IMG/VR virus record: IMGVR_UViG_3300020047_006434
Coordinates: 21,414 to 85,413 of that record
Source: a virus
Lineage: Duplodnaviria; Caudoviricetes
DNA: 64,000 nucleotides
Direction: 5' to 3' (one strand)
The notes below the pieces were generated by a model. The model was not told the DNA's origin, made no database searches, and saw only the letters and a program-made list of their open reading frames with translations. The position numbers and the translations under genes are program-made. Shown piece by piece: positions 62,915-64,000 of this stretch; position 1 is the stretch's first letter; every line of letters begins with the position of its first letter.

Positions 62915-63634
62915 ATGACTACTGCTCTTGTTCGCAAAGAAGTAACCCCCGAAATTTGGCAAATGATTGAACGCATTGCACCGACGATGAAAGACAGCCG
63001 TCTGTTTGGTGTGGCCACAGTCCACCAGGCCGCCGCTATCATGCTGAAAGGCCATGAACTTGGCTTGGGTATGGCCGCAAGCTTTGAGTTTGTCCAGGTG
63101 ATTCAGGACAAGCCCACGCTTAACCCCCGTGGCGCTCTGGCATTAGTCATGCAATCTGGCGAGTGCGAAGCGATGAAGATCAACAATGAGACTGACGATA
63201 AAGGCAATCCAGCATCCTGCACTGTGTATATGAAGCGGCGCGGCGGATTGGAACACACTGAACGCTTTACGTTGGCTGACGCCAACCGTGCGGGATTGAT
63301 TAAACCTGACAGCGGATGGACAAAGTACCCAAGTAACATGCTTCGTTGGCGTGCAGTTGGTTACTGCATTGACGTTCTATTTCCCGACATCACCGGCGGC
63401 ATGAAACGATCCGATGAATTTGGCGCCGCCATTTCGCCCGAAGGCGAGGTCATTGCAACGACCTGGACGGTACAGCCACAAACGCCCCAGGCGCCATCAC
63501 AGACGCAAATCACGCTGCAACAACTTGTGGATGTTTACGGCGCCGAAAAAGTTTTTGAGGCCGCGGGCAACAAGCTTCCCGGCACGAATGACGAAGTGCA
63601 AGCCGTGGCCGCAAAGTTGAACGGTGGTGCATAG
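62915..63634 (+). CDS. RecT-like single-strand annealing protein
   Basis: IMLKGHELGLGMAASF...FTLADANRAGL...WTKYPSNMLRWRA...FPDITGG. Confidence 0.8.
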   Translation: MTTALVRKEVTPEIWQMIERIAPTMKDSRLFGVATVHQAAAIMLKGHELGLGMAASFEFVQVIQDKPTLNPRGALALVMQSGECEAMKINNETDDKGNPASCTVYMKRRGGLEHTERFTLADANRAGLIKPDSGWTKYPSNMLRWRAVGYCIDVLFPDITGGMKRSDEFGAAISPEGEVIATTWTVQPQTPQAPSQTQITLQQLVDVYGAEKVFEAAGNKLPGTNDEVQAVAAKLNGGA

Positions 63635-64000
63635 TGGCGCCTGAGTATCTTTCCTATAGTTCCATCAGCAAGTATTTATCCTGTGCGGAGAACTGGCGCC
63701 GGCACTACATCGCCAAAGAGCCGACAATGAGCACCCCGGCGCTAGTCTTTGGCAGTGCGTTCCACGCTACTATCGAAGGTTACATCGAACATAAACACAA
63801 GGAAGGCACTGCCCCCGACATTGCAGAGCTTTGGAATAGCAATTGGCGGTCAAAGGTCGAAGCCGAAAAGAACGTCGACTGGGGCGCCGAACAGCCTGAC
63901 GACCACCACAAAGACGGGCTGCGCATTGTGACCAACAAAGACGTTGTTTCCCTGGTCGATAGCATCCGACCGAAAGTCGATGACGCTGGCCTATTTATGG
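63634..64000 (+). CDS. PD-(D/E)XK exonuclease (RecB-like), partial, runs off window
   Basis: GTG overlapping upstream TAG; YLSYSSISKYLSCAENW...LVFGSAFHATIE. Confidence 0.8.
   Translation, partial: MAPEYLSYSSISKYLSCAENWRRHYIAKEPTMSTPALVFGSAFHATIEGYIEHKHKEGTAPDIAELWNSNWRSKVEAEKNVDWGAEQPDDHHKDGLRIVTNKDVVSLVDSIRPKVDDAGLFM

Noticed and set aside
1-64000. CRISPR array or mini-array
   Set aside because: No 25-45 bp repeats with unique regularly sized spacers were seen; the TAAAC and TCAG repeats are too short and irregular
1-64000. Diversity-generating retroelement or retron
   Set aside because: No reverse transcriptase motif (YxDD context) and no template/variable repeat pair with A-specific mismatches was noticed near the fibre C-termini
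1-64000. Integrase/att site or protelomerase
   Set aside because: No tyrosine or serine recombinase motifs recognised; the palindromes at 60737 and 60893 are short or imperfect compared with telomere resolution sites; absence applies to this window only

Overview
The whole window reads as one tailed dsDNA (siphovirus-like) phage genome segment, with no host housekeeping genes, integrase or CRISPR array. Layout: end of a + strand early/replication operon with an ECF-type sigma factor (1-1556); a long - strand morphogenesis region (tail fibres, distal tail, Trp-repeat tape measure, frameshifted tail chaperones, tail tube, head-tail proteins, capsid, MuF-like protein, portal, terminases; 1553-35062); a - strand envelope/lysis-like block (35071-38929); a + strand island of small early genes behind strong sigma70 promoters (39277-44454); a - strand block with a ParM/ParR-like partition pair, membrane proteins, two split DNA methyltransferases, an XRE repressor and several RHH regulators (44745-60429); an AT-rich non-coding region with two Gram-positive-type LexA boxes (about 60520-61290); and a + strand recombination operon running off the window (61295-64000). 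A ParM-like actin with no integrase in view suggests a plasmid prophage (phage-plasmid). The CGAAC-N4-GTTCG boxes and one domain I recall from Chloroflexota proteins point tentatively to a Chloroflexota host. Most notable: (1) a single ORF fusing a 2H phosphoesterase (Acb1-like fold), prohead protease, scaffold and major capsid protein; (2) a membrane-anchored CHAT/caspase-like protease in the lysis block; (3) two tandem tRNA-like RNAs with non-canonical anticodon arms; (4) ParMR plus repeat arrays; (5) two methyltransferases encoded in pieces; (6) a conserved 11-nt leader motif ahead of terminators that precede late genes. All family assignments come from motif recognition by eye, not database searches.
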